DNA of 64,000 nt, taken from NCBI GenBank assembly GCA_012295275.1, contig CM022679.1, positions 12,152,001 through 12,216,000 on the forward strand. The letters run 5' to 3'. Below are positions 40,443 through 54,653 of the stretch, one piece after another. The position numbers and the translations under genes were made by a program. This DNA comes from Chrysomallon squamiferum. Its lineage: Eukaryota; Animalia; Mollusca. The notes beneath the pieces are model-generated. The model was not told where the DNA came from. It was given only the letters and a program-made list of their open reading frames with translations, and did not search any database. Positions within the stretch are counted from its first letter, which is position 1. The number at the start of each line of letters is the position of its first letter.

Positions 40443-43400
40443 AAGAGGAGAGTGGGAGGGATAAAGGTGAGGGATGGATTGATGGTATAAAATATAAAGA
40501 ACTATTACTGTAGTTATTTAACCTTGTAATTTTAGTTCTAAGTTATTTATTTATTTTCTTTGTCAAATTTCAGATTTTGAAAGAAAGTGGATTAGATAAT
40601 GCAGTAGAAGATGAGGAAGAGGACACAACTGATGTATATTTTCTTGTTTTCAACTGATAAATAAGATTAGGAAGAAATTGTTAAGTTAGAAATAATGGTC
40701 TAGATGTGTAAAGCAGATAAATCAAACATTTGACGTGTTAGTCTAGAACAGTTATCTAGATAAACTGTGAATCTGATATATTAGTCTAGATCAGTCAGCT
40801 TGATAAACAATGCATTGTTTATGGTAGTCTAGATCAGTAATTGTTATACACCATGCATCTGATATATTAGTCTAGATCAGTAAACTTGATAAACAATGTA
40901 TGTGATATATTAGTCTAGATCAATGAGCTAGATAAATTAAGAATTTGGTATCATTAGTTTAGAAATATAAGCAAGATATATTTATGTAGATCAGTAAGGT
41001 AGTTCAAAGTATGTGTCTGATATATTGATCGAGGTAAGTAACTAGTTAAACCATGCATGTGATAAATTAATCTAGAACCATAAACATGTATCTGGCTTTA
41101 AGGAGTTTTAAGAGGAGACAAGATTTCTGGTTTACATTTTGATGTTTTGGTCACATAAATTAAAATGGTTTATATTATGCATTCATATAATCATTATATT
41201 TTTAACTTTATCATATAGCTTTCACATTATTACACGTTTTGAACCTAATACTGAAGTTTCATTTTATAGGCTATTATGCAGTTGCAACTGAAAAGAACAC
41301 AGGTTGGCTGATAAATGTTTTTATTAGTTTTACTCTGTAAATCATTTTACATTTGTAGTATGTTATTAATATTAAAAATGTTCTTTGAATGATTAATGAT
41401 AGATTTCATTAAATATATTTAAATAAATAAGACAGAATATGTGTTTTATCCAAAATATAAATATATATCACTAAACAGCAGTGATTTTATAATTAATAAA
41501 AGAATGTTGTCTTGTAAGTATCTATTTAAAAATGCAATATATATATATATATATATATATAAATTTTAAAGTGCTTTCAACAATAATGAATGCCAAAAAT
41601 AATAAGTAAAAAAAGAAAATATAACAATTTAAGAATTTTTTTTTTAATAAAATAAATAAAAAATAAAAATAGAATATGAAAATACCCCAAAATAATAATT
41701 TTAAAATTAATTTCTATTTTATTATCAAGGATCAGATTTGTACCAGATTAGTTTATGAATATGTAAGATTACATAAATTTATTGGGGTTAATTACAATGA
41801 ACTCTTCTTTAAAGAAATCCATATTAATAATTAAATTGGTCTTTTTAGAACAAAGAGAGGAAATTTCTGACAAACGAAGTTAACCAATATTTAGAACTGT
41901 CCATGAACCGAGTGCAAACACTGAATGAGATACAGAAATGGATTCAAAATCAACAGATCTTAATAGTATTTGAGATTTTTGTAACTTTGTCACTTCTCTG
42001 TATGGTCCAATGTATATACATACATGTTATGATATGCCAAATCGTTTTGTTAAAGTTTTTTAAATATTAGTTAAATTACTGCCCTGAGGTACTTCATTTT
42101 TTAAAAATAAATCATTCCATTCAGTAAATATTTACTTATTCATTTTGGAAAATACTAATTGTCTATGGAACAATTCAATTTATGACAATAAAAGCCAAAA
42201 AAACAAAACTTCTAATGTTACATTATTTAAAATTACTGTATATACTTGTGTACAAGGCGACCTTATGTATAAGTCGATGTGTATTTTAAGACCAAAAATT
42301 GCGTCATTTTAGGTATTACTTGTGTATAAGTCGACTGTAGATTCCAGGCACCGTCACTATTTTTAGACCAGTGTGACAGTGCCATGAAGGCCTACATTGT
42401 ACGCCTACTGTTTTCGATTTGTCGGTAGTGGATATTAATGATGATTGCAATATTATTTCACCAAATTCTTTACAATTACACAAGTGAGTTTTGTTTATGA
42501 AATTAGGACCGATATTTAGTGCAATTTGGCAGAGAAGTCTGCATTCCTAGATCATTGCAAGACGTAAAAGGCATAACACCGTACTGACGTTTTCTCACTT
42601 TAAAATGTATTTTTATGTCATTAAACGGAAGAATATCATGTTTTACATTCATATTTGGTTTTGTTATTTAATTTTTCCAAATTTTTTATACGATAAAATT
42701 ATATTTTTGAAAAGCTGAAAGACCACGATTATTTAGATGCATCCCGTAGCAAAAAATAGTCAAAATGGCAACTCTTCAGCAACAGCTACAAAAGCATTAC
42801 CTATGTATAAGTCGACCCCCAAAATATTACCTTAATATAGTCTCCCAAAAATTCGACTTATACACAAGTATATACGGTAGTGGTATTTGATAAATGATAT
42901 TTTAGCTAAAAAGAAAAATATAAGACTTTTTATGTGATTTTGTTAAGAACATTTCTGAATATTTAGGAACAAGCACTGGTAGAAACAGAAGAACTGGATA
43001 CCTTAGAGGCTAAAGACATGGAAAGGGCGAACAAAGTAATCATGTAAGAAACATGTTTATCAGTCAGTTAGAAGTGTAAATATTATTTATATATAAAATA
43101 ATTATGTTAAAATCCTTTTTAACTCATATTACACAAAGAGATACAGGTGTCAGTTTATATACCACATGATGAAAATATTTTTTAGTAAAACATTGCTAAG
43201 TTGGAATTTGAATAAATCACTTGATTTTTTATTATTATTATTGTTATTACTGTTATTGTTGTTGTTACTATTACTATTATTAATAATATTTGTTTTACAA
43301 TTAGTATTTTAGCTTATTTATAAGTTTTATAACATTTAATTTTTTCAACTAAATGATAATATTTTGACAGTCTGCATGCTCATCAGTGATTTAGCTAATT

Positions 43401-43731
43401 TTAATGGCATCAGTTACAAATAATAATTTTTTTTTTTTTTTTTTTAAATATTGGCTGAATCCTTATATTTGTTGATACTTAATTCAGTTTTAATATCTGG
43501 CCCCAGGGCATGAGCCCCACCCTGGTTAGACCAGTGATGGCAATGTATCTTTATGCATGTATTATTAATGAGGATATTCTTTCAATAGGAAATCTATACA
43601 AGACTTCTGCAAAACTTCAGGCAATATGGCAAAAGTTGGACAAGATGTATTGACCAAAATCCAGTTATTAATTGAACCGTAAGTTATTAATAACATTCTT
43701 TTTTAAATTAATGAATTTATTTTATTTTATT

Positions 43732-43790
<59 letters not shown>

Positions 43791-44324
43791 TGTATTTTAC
43801 TATTATTATTTTTTTTATTTTTTTCCAAACATTCATTTGTCAGTATCATGGTTTTATTAGGCATAAACCACAATTAAAGAAAATTTACCAAATATTGTTA
43901 ACCCTTTGAAGCTGAAGCTAGGAAAAAAAATATGTACCCCATTTATTGAACTTCACAAGTGAAATGGTCTCTGCAAACTGATTGGCTGAACATTTAATGA
44001 GCCTGGCATTATTAACAAAAAACACATATGAACAACATATCATGGTAAAAAATGTTTACTGCTTGGGTAAAACAATATTATTATTATTATTATATTTATT
44101 TATTTTTTTATTAAAGTTTTAACCACTAAAGTACAAAGGGTTAAACATGTGCATGTCAGATAACTTTTAATCTGTTGAAGATTTCTGCTTTAAGATTCCA
44201 CTCTTCAAATAAAGTTAGATATAAAATGTATTTATCAGTAGAATAATAAATTTTAAATTTGCAGGTTTTCTGAAAAGAATATTCCCAAAAGTACTGTTGT
44301 TGGAGGTAATATTTCATTGATATC

Positions 44325-44362
<38 letters not shown>

Positions 44363-47360
44363 TATTTGGGTATTTTCCTCTGATAATGGGGGATAATTTA
44401 AGGTTCATTAGATCCATTTATCCTCAAGTATTTTGCTTACATATGAAATAAGTATCCATTTTAAGAAAATAATTCTTCATAATTAACGTTGTTAACAATA
44501 AAAAAAAAGTGGGGTAGAAGAAAATAAATTTTTCAAAAAGAGAAAGAAAATAAATCTAGAAGAAGAAGAAGAAGGAAAGAAAGAAAGATAAAATGAAATC
44601 AAATAAAATAATGATTTTGCAATGCTTTTAGGGAGGAATTGTTGTCATGGATAAATTATGATATAGCAGTTAATGTTGTAATTGCAGTGTAGAGAGCCAA
44701 AGGTTTAGTTAGTGTCTAGAATTGTATTGTATGTTTTCACTTTCAGTGTTTGAAGATTGACCTGTATTATTTTTTACTTCAGAAATTTCAATGAGATCTT
44801 CTAAAGAGATGTGGGAGCTCGGTTTATCAAGGGTTGAAACTATACTGGAGTATGCCTACAAATGGGTCAAATCAGTGACAATGAAAAATGGTAAGCATTT
44901 ATCTTTTATAAATTATCAAACTGATTATATCTACAGCTGTTAAACATGAATGAATTTTTGAAATAATGTAATTTCTGAGTGTAACCAAATCACCTAGAAT
45001 ATCTTAGATGCTTGTTATCTCAGTTTAGCAACTGGTATTATAAACTGCTGTATTAAAATGGAAAAGTTTGTTTAAAGTAATTAAACAAATAAATTTGATG
45101 TAAATGATGTTAATGCATGCAAATTCCTGTTGTTATGTAGAAATGAATTATATTCATTATCACATCAGTTAGTTTCATTATAACTTAAACTGAAAATTCA
45201 TAATTGACCAGGTGATAGTATAAAATAATTTTAATTCACAGTTTCTAAGTGATTACCTCTTTGTTGATTAATATTCAGTATCACATAAGTGAAAATCAGT
45301 ACATTCAAAGCTGACCATGGGATCATGTAAAATAATTTTAACTGAAATTTGTTTGGTGAGAATGAGAAATCTCTTTTTATGCAGAATCAAAATTAATGTG
45401 AATACTGTTTGATCAAAATGATTGTTAGTCCAATATTCAGAAGTTTGTTAATACATTAATTATTGTAAAAACTAATGAAAGTTTTCAGTACAAAACTGAC
45501 CAAGTTTAAGATTTGTCTGTTTATTTTCAGAAATCACATTAATTTTAATATTTCATTCTTTAAAGACTTATATTGTAATCTGTTGATATCATTTAATTAA
45601 TCTTTTACCTTCAGGAATCCAATAATGTTAAATAAAAACTATCTTGAATGAGCTTTTCTAACACATTTCATTTACAGCTCTACGAAATATCAAAAGACAG
45701 TTTGTAATTATGATGGATGTTTTATCAAAGAAGCTTACTGAATTAACAGAGGCACAAGCAAAACTTGATCTATCGGAATCGGTATTATTTTTGTTTACAT
45801 ATATGTATATATATTGTACTTTTTATATTGTTATAAAACATAAAACATAATTCCAAAAGTCCTGATTAAATGATGATGTTTATTGCAATTTGTTAGCTTT
45901 TATATGTGTCTGTGTTTGTGTGTGTATGATAATTTAAAGGTACCATATTTAATTTTTTTTAAATAGATGTTTATTATTTTTAAAGTTAATCTATTTTGCA
46001 GTTATTTTATTAACATATAAAATTATTCATTGCTATCATTTCTTTTTTTTTAATTTTTAATTTTTTTTCCATAAAGTGTTTTATTTCTCTATAAAGCAAA
46101 ATTCAGTGTTGAAGAAAATGGTTGATAAAAATAATGTCGAAATAGCTCATTTTAAAGAATTAATAGCAGAAAATGAAACCAGTATGGATGAACTTAAAAC
46201 GAAGTTGGTAAATATTAAATAGTTAATTTAGATTTCTTATATTTAGCAAACTGTTGACAATATTTTAAATTTATTTTAACTAATATTCTAAAATTAACCA
46301 AAGTTTATGTATTTTATTATTAACAGAAATTTAAAATTATTCACAATTGATGTATTTTATTTTTGAACAGAATTTTTAAAAAGCACCATTCAAACATTTT
46401 ACTTATTAATAGGATTTTTAAATTATAAATATTTTATACCTTTTAAACATTATGCATATTTTATTATTATTAAGCCATATTGTTCCAACATGAGTCCTCT
46501 TTCTGTTTATTTCAAAAAGAAAATTCTTGCAGTGAAAAGTACTGAAATAACTGAAACAGAGCGTTTAAATATTCCAATATAAATTTCACTATGTAATGGT
46601 TGATATATGTTTTATTTCAAAATAATAATTCTTATTATTCTTATTATTATTAAATAAATGCTGCAGGATAGAAAAATAAAAAAACATTTGATAACACAGA
46701 TGTTCTGATATGTGTATCATAGTATGATATATTTTATTTATATCATCTTCTTGATATTAATTTTATTTCAAAACAAAATTTTTATTAAATGTAGTTGAAA
46801 TAAATGAGATAAACAACTGTTCAAGAATGAATTCCACAGTATGATCCTTTCTCTTAACCTAATCATGTTAATATAAAATTTATTTCAAAATGTATTTTGT
46901 TTCTTGTTAAAGCGTTAAAATAAATGTGATACACAAATTGTTCTAATATACATACCATTCTGCATTAACCTACAATTGTTTCATCTGGTTGACTTACACT
47001 TTCTTTATGAAAATTCTTATTAAAAGAAGTTTTTATAAATATTGTAGAGTGACACCAATGATCTGAATCAAAAACTGATAGCTCAGGTGTTCAAAACACG
47101 TGCTCATATTAGTGCATTGCAAGAGCTTTTAGATGAGGATGCAAAGAAAAAATTCCAGCAAACAACTCAAGGAGCAACAGGTCCAACAAAGAAACTTCAA
47201 TTTCGTTTGCCACAACCAGCTGAACAGGCTATAGGTATTATATTTGATTAAATTAAATAATGTCAATGTAGTGAAGTGCCCAGTATCTTAAATATTGCTG
47301 TTTCACAAAATTTAGATATATATTCTTTTATCTGACTGAAATAAGAAAATATATATACAT

Positions 47361-47405
<45 letters not shown>

Positions 47406-48190
47406 AGTTAGTGGTGGTTGTGTTTTTTTCAGAAATTGTTTGTGTATCTATTTTCTTTTCTTTTAAAGAATTTACATAATGAAATAAAACTGACATTTAT
47501 CATACAAATACTTAACTACTAATAATAGTTTTGTAGGTATATTTGTAATATTTTGTGAACTAAATGTAATTGAAGATAATGTACAACTAAAATACTAATT
47601 AACTAACTAACTAACTAAATAAACAAATAAAAGAAAACAAAAATAAAAAATAAATACATATCTGCATCTTTTGAGTTTGTGGTTGTCATGAAACAACTGA
47701 CATAAATAAGTTGGCCATTTAAAAAAAAATATAAACAGGCACATATCTTTAAATTTTTTCTTTTATTAGATCTTTCTGAGTTTTCTGGATATGAAAGACT
47801 GCAAGCAGCTCAGCAGAAACTTTCAGAATATAAGGTTTGTGGAGTTATACTTTTTAAAATTGTTCGGGTCAGTGAAGAATATTAGTTTTTATTTTATTTT
47901 ACTTAAGTTTTTTGATTTTTAAAAGTGGCCATTGCTAAATATGTGAAAAACAAAGATAAAATTATTTTGTGTTCGATCATTACTTTAAGCATTTTGAATT
48001 GCTTCATGTTAGTAAGTAAAGTTAAAAAAAACTGATGCTACTTGACCAAAATCATGCATATGATTATTTTAATGGGTTTTTTCTGAGATAATTACCAGGG
48101 TTTAGTTTTAATAATTTTAAATAAATTAATATTTTACTTTGCTTTATTTTATGTTTCATTCACTTATTTATTTATATTTATTTAACACTG

Positions 48191-48231
<41 letters not shown>

Positions 48232-51200
48232 CACACAGAAGACACTTATTTGTTTCTTTCTTTATTTATTATAGGATTTAGTGGAAGAACTTGGTGTTAA
48301 GATAAAGAATCTGGAAGCACTGCTGTCAAAAGAACGAAGTTGTCTTTATTATTATTATCATCACCATAAATATCATCTCATCATTTGTTATTATTGATAT
48401 AATAATATTATTAACTTATTATTTATTTTTTAAACAAAAATATTTAATATATATGATTATTAATGTATATTCATGCATGCTTGTATCTATGTAAGTATCA
48501 ATCTTATTTGACCCTGCTGTTTATGCCACAGCAATGGCATATATGAGCAAAAGATAATGCAACCATTTTCTCTATGTCTTTACATTTTTATTATGTTAAT
48601 ATACATTCATTGCAATAGGAATTAAAACAGTGAAAGTAGAATTAGGTCATATTTTACAGAGTTCTGAACCAAAAAAAAACTGCCTAAGTTTATTAGAAGA
48701 TAAGGAGGCTTCATTGCATTTTTTTTTCTCTTTTCATTTCTTATTCAGGAACCTCATATTACCTAAAATCAGCTCTTAGTTACAAACTGAAAGAACAATC
48801 TATGAGTTCAGCAAATCTGGTAACTATGAATTGAAAGATATTGCTTATGTTCAAGCCTTTTTGAAAAATAATAAAACTACTCTCATAAAAACTCATTGTT
48901 TTTGTTACTCACAGTCACTGTTTATCACATTCACTAATCATATTAATTTAGAATCAAAAACATAAATAATATAAAACATCCAGTAACATACAAAAAATGC
49001 ATAACCCCCCAAAAAACAACAACTCAGTGTCATATTTTATATTTTTCAGAGCAGCACTAGTCAAAGTATAAACAAAGTTGGCAGTACAGAAAAAACTTCA
49101 TCTCAACAAGCTGAATCATCAGTTGAGGATAACGAAATGGCTGTGGTATCAGAAGAGGAAGAAAAAGTTGCAGAAAGTAAAGAAGGATCTAAAGGAAAAT
49201 TTGCTGAATTTGTGAAAAGGACCACTTATGCAAAAAAGGCTGCACATCATATAAAGTCTTCAGTTTTGAAACTTAAAGCTAAAAAGGAAAAAGCGGCAAA
49301 AGTAAAACATGCCCGAAAAAAAGGAATGAAGGGAAGAGTTGAAAGGCTAAAAGAAAGAATAAAGAAGGAAGCAAAGGAAGTAGAAATGGCTGCTGAAAAA
49401 GAAACCAAAGAAATGAAGGGAAAAGTTGAAAGGATAAAAGAAAGAACAAAGAAAGAAGCAAAGGAAGTAGAAATGGCTGCTGAAAAAGAAACCAAAGAAA
49501 TGAAGGGAAAAGCTGAAAAGATAAAAGAAACAACAATGAAAGAAGCAAAGGTAAAGGAAATTGCAGCTGAAAAAGAAGCCAAAGTGAAACAACGTTCATC
49601 AGTGACTGATCATAAATTGGTAGCAGATGAAAAAGAAAAAAAATCATCAGGACTCTCTGTTGAAATGGGAGAGAAAAAGACAACTTCTAAACAGGATATT
49701 TCGGCAAGAAAGTCTGGTGATGAACTAACAGCGATGATATTCGACGGCAGAGATTCAATATTAAGTTCTGATGATGGGTTAGCTTCTGACCTGATCAAAC
49801 TGACAGAAGAAATGAAACAAATGGATATTATACCTATTGACAAGGTTAACATATATTTTCATTTGCCTTACATGTACATGTGCCTGATTTAGTAATAACA
49901 CCATATTTTAAATATTAGGTTAACAGTTATTTTCATTTCATAAATCATTTTATAAGTTTTGTCTTTTCAAAGCCATTAATAATTTCACAGCAATGTTAAC
50001 TTTTTCTTTTTTTTAAATTTGTCAAATTTATGATATCAAGGGAAAATAAATATATATGTTAATTTTTATCTAAATTTCCTGAAATAATTTATTTTATTTT
50101 AATTTTATTTTATTTACATAATTATTCAACAGATATTATGTCATCAGATTAGCTGTGATGTCATTCTAGCTAGGCTTTATTAAGCACAGTCTGCATAGAG
50201 CATTTGAAATATTTCAAATCTGGTTCTTCTTTTTCTTTCTTTTTTTTTTTTTTTTTTTTTTGTCCTTAATTCTAAAATTATTATTTTTAAATATTACAAC
50301 ATAGTAGGCATTAGCATTTTTTAACTTATAACTTTATAACTGGACTGATTATTGCTTTAAAAATGTTTCTTGTGATTGATTGGTTTTTAATGCTGATATG
50401 GTGTTAATTGAGAAACTACCTTTTTCTTTATAGATAGTATCATATGACTACTTAGCAGATGCATCAAAGATGTCTTTTAGTGTTCTTGCACAAGCAGAAG
50501 AAACTACCAGCTCATCTGCCTCATATGAGGAAATGCAGAGTACTGGAGATTTATCAACATCAGAAGTACGTAAGACTTCACAAACAGCTGATGTAAAACT
50601 AATTTTACCTGACAGTGCAGAAGAAAATTTATCATTTGAACAATATGCTTTGCCTGAAACTGAACAAGGAGGTCTACCTGATTTTAGAGAAGCTGCTCTA
50701 CTTCAGGTTCAGCCTGACTCATCAAAATTTGAAATATCATCAGGTGCTGCTTCAGCAGGTTGGGATTCAAAATATGTTTCTCGTGAAAGTTTATGTACTG
50801 TTTATCCACAAAGCAGTTCATCAAGTCTGGAAAGTGTTTCTTCTGAAATGATACCTTCTTTTTCTTCTGGTTCTCCAATGTCTGCAACTGTCAGCCCACC
50901 AACACCAGGGGTTACACAGGTCACTTCACTAGATGAATTTTCCCAGCCCTCAAAACTAACAGAACATGAAATATTGCAGACATCAGAAGATATGTTATCG
51001 GATGAATACGAAAGGACAGCACAATCTGTTGTCATAGACTCAGACAAACAGACTAAATTAATTACACCTGAGTCTAGCCAGTCAGACTCCAAAGAACATG
51101 CAACCTCCAGGCCTAAATTTCCGACTCTTTTTGTACCAGGTGAACAAGTTCAACCTGAACTGGCCAAAACAGAAATTACCAAGACATGGTTAGAAGCATC

Positions 51201-53310
51201 AAAGTTTCAGAGTGATCAAAAAGTACTTATCAAACAGGACAAACTGGAAGAATTAAAGAAAATAGCATTCATTAAGAAACAACAGGAAGAAGCAATATCA
51301 GAAAGGTAATATTTGGTAATGTAGAGGCATTTACTGAAGTGAAATAAGTAATATTTGTTATGTACAAAGGTAACTGAAAAACAGATTTTATTTGGTTTTA
51401 GAAAGATAATATTTATTCATGTAGAGTTATAATTGAAATTCATCTTTTGATTAAAGTCAGAAATGTAATATCTATTTCACAGAGAGATTATAAAAATGGC
51501 TTTTAATTATATTTGATGTCTGAAAGGTAATATTTGTTACAAGTGACTAAAATATGGTTTTTAATTTATTTTATGTCAGAAAAGTAATATAGAGGTGACT
51601 AAAGTTTGGATTATTATTTTATTTAATATCAGAAAAAGATAATACTTCTTATACAGACAGGAAAACAAATTAATAATTTTAATTTTATTTTGATATCAGA
51701 AAGGTGATAGTTATTATATTTATTAATACGATGTCCTATTATTTATTTATTTATTTTAATTTTTATTTATTTATTTATTTTATTTAATTTAATATATTTT
51801 AATTTTTTTAATTTTTTAATTTTTTTATTTTGTTCTTTTGATTTTTAAGAGCTACTTTGGATCAAGAAATTCAATTTCGAAAAGATGAAGAAAAAGCATT
51901 CTTGATGATGATTATGAATAGTTGTGAAAAAATTCACAAGATCATGTTTAACTTTCGGAATCAGATTGCCAGAATACTTAAGGAAGAAGGATTTGAAAAG
52001 GAATCAAAAACACTGTTAACAAGAACAATGACTTTTGTTCCTGAAGATGTAAGTGCAAACAGAAATAGAATCTGTGTGAAATTAAAAACAGCCTTTTAAG
52101 AAATCTAAAGTTAAAATTTATCATTAATAGATAATAAATATAATAATTTAGTACAGTGATACAGATTATAAGGTTATCTTAACCTTTACAGTCAAGAAAA
52201 CAGGCTTTCTAAACTATTCTGAATTCAACATCAAATATTCATTTTTAAATAATAGAAAATAAATATAATAATTTACTACTGTAGTACCAAAACCTAGGTT
52301 ACGATAACTGTCACTTTGACTCTCTATCTTAAATTATACAGTAAAAATCCCTGACTTTCTAAAGTATACTCAAGTCATCATCAAATTATCATTTTTTATT
52401 AGCAGAAAATAAATATTATAATTTAGTACTGTGGTATCCAAACCTAGGTTATAATAACTATCCCTTTGATTCTCTATATTATATTATATAGTAAAAAAAA
52501 AAAAAAAAAATCACTGTGTAAACTTTATTCAGGTCAACATCAAATTTAAATTTTTTATTAACAGAAAATAAATATAATCCTTTTTCGGACAGTGGTTTCA
52601 GGTCCCTGCCTGCTTGACTCTGTCTCCACCTGCAGCATATCCCGTTTCTTTCCAGACAATTAAAAAAATATATATAAAGAATTTTAATATTGTACATAGA
52701 GAACAATTTTGATACTGTACATAACAGCAACTGAAAAGTAATTATCTTCATAACTTCTGTGTAAACTCCTGCCTCGCTTGTACAGGGTGGGAAAACAATA
52801 TGGTCTACTTTGCATTTCGCTCATTTAGTATGTTTTTTTAAAAAGTAGTTTCAGGTAAAGGTGTGTGTGCATGTATGTGGATGAATTTTTCAATACATTT
52901 GAATAATAATATTTATTACCAGAGAGTTCTGTGGGTTATGCTTTTACTTTAAAAATTAAAAGTATACTATTTCTAAACTATGAGTATGTACCCAGATTAT
53001 CCATTAGGTCTCTGCCCATTTTCAAATTGACAGAATTAATCAGACAGTCAACACTGTATGTCATGGCTGGTATATGTGGCCTAACTGAGCAAAAGGGCTA
53101 CCTCTTAATGATAGTTAGATATTCAACACTACTCTTGTTTTTGTTGACCAAGTACAAAATGGCCATGAAAATCTGATGTACATATACTTCTTGGCTACTG
53201 TATGAAACCCACATACATGGAAAACTTGGAACTGAAAAATACTTAATGTTATTATTGTTATTTATTTATTTATATATTTATTATTGTTATTATTATTAAT
53301 ATTATTATTA

Positions 53311-53363
<53 letters not shown>

Positions 53364-54595
53364 GGTTCTGTTTTAGTTCTCAGTGGATGTCTATAGTTGA
53401 ATTTATTTTCTCATTATTTTAATGTGTGATGCAGATGATTAAAAATAATAATAAAATAATAGTAATAATTATAATAATAATTATAACATGTTAAAAAGTT
53501 AATAATTTTAAAAATCATTTGAATACATTGAATCTAATCACAAATCTCTTGCTGTTGTATTTAATTCATTTTTGTTTTTTCTTCATCTTTTTCATGCTTT
53601 TATAAATCATTAAATTGTTTCACTTGAAGTCAATGGCACTGTCTTATTTATTTATTTTATTTTATTTTATATTTATATTTATTTTATAGTTATTTAATGA
53701 CTCTATGGGTAAGGTGTCTACAATCCTTGGAAGATGTAAGTTTAAACACACACACACACACACGTGCACACACATATTGTTGTATACTTTAAAACATGAT
53801 TAACAAATAAGTTAGCAATGAAAAATAATAATAAATAAATAAAATTATTTTCATGTTAATCTCAGTTTGCTTACAGTTTAATATTTATTTAAAAATTACA
53901 AATACATACAGAACATGAAGAAATTTCAGGAAATTTTAAAGTCAGTATTGTAAAACCTATAATATGTTTAAAAACAACAACTCCAGCTCTTTATTTCTAA
54001 TATATAAAAAAAAATGTATAATAATAAATAAAAAATAAATAGTAATAAAACCCCAAGTAATTCTCAGACTTATAACTTTTATTTTTTTTTTCAGATCTTT
54101 ACACCATTAAACGTTTCATACAGGAAATGATAAGAGCTATGGTTCTTATAAGACACGTAAGCAAAATCAGGACCCAAAAAATAAAAAAATAAGAAATAAA
54201 AAAAATAAAAATAATATAAAAATAATAATAATAATAATTAAATAAATGAACATTATATGTATTTAAAATATGTATCTAATGAACTTATATTGAAAGGTTT
54301 TTCCACTTTATTTATAAACATACCTGTAGAGGCATTTTTGCTAATTCCTTTCAATAGATAACACATTAAACATAGTAAAACATTTTTTTATTATAAATTT
54401 ACAGCTAAAAGACTTTCCACTGATTCTTTTCTATCAAGATAATAAATTAAAAAAATTAAAAATTAAAAAATGCCAACTCTCTATGCTATAAATCCTTTTC
54501 TAAATGGTTCTTCAGCTATCTAGACTTTATCATAACACATATACATACACAAAATTACATTAAAATATTATGTACATAATTACTTTTTTAAATTC

Positions 54596-54653
<58 letters not shown>

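Noticed and set aside
48619-48710. Possible extra exon (IKTVKVELG...) in the plus-strand gene
   Set aside because: Weak donor; the frame is already satisfied by 48275-48338 joined to 48749-48819. Cannot be excluded as an alternative exon.
49247-51092. Antisense F/L/S-rich ORFs
   Set aside because: Reverse complement of the K/E-rich and S-rich exons.
52590-53240. GC-richer intronic block with ORFs 52479-52751 and 52931-53176
   Set aside because: No recognisable protein, termini or splice signals; probably a repeat fragment I cannot classify.
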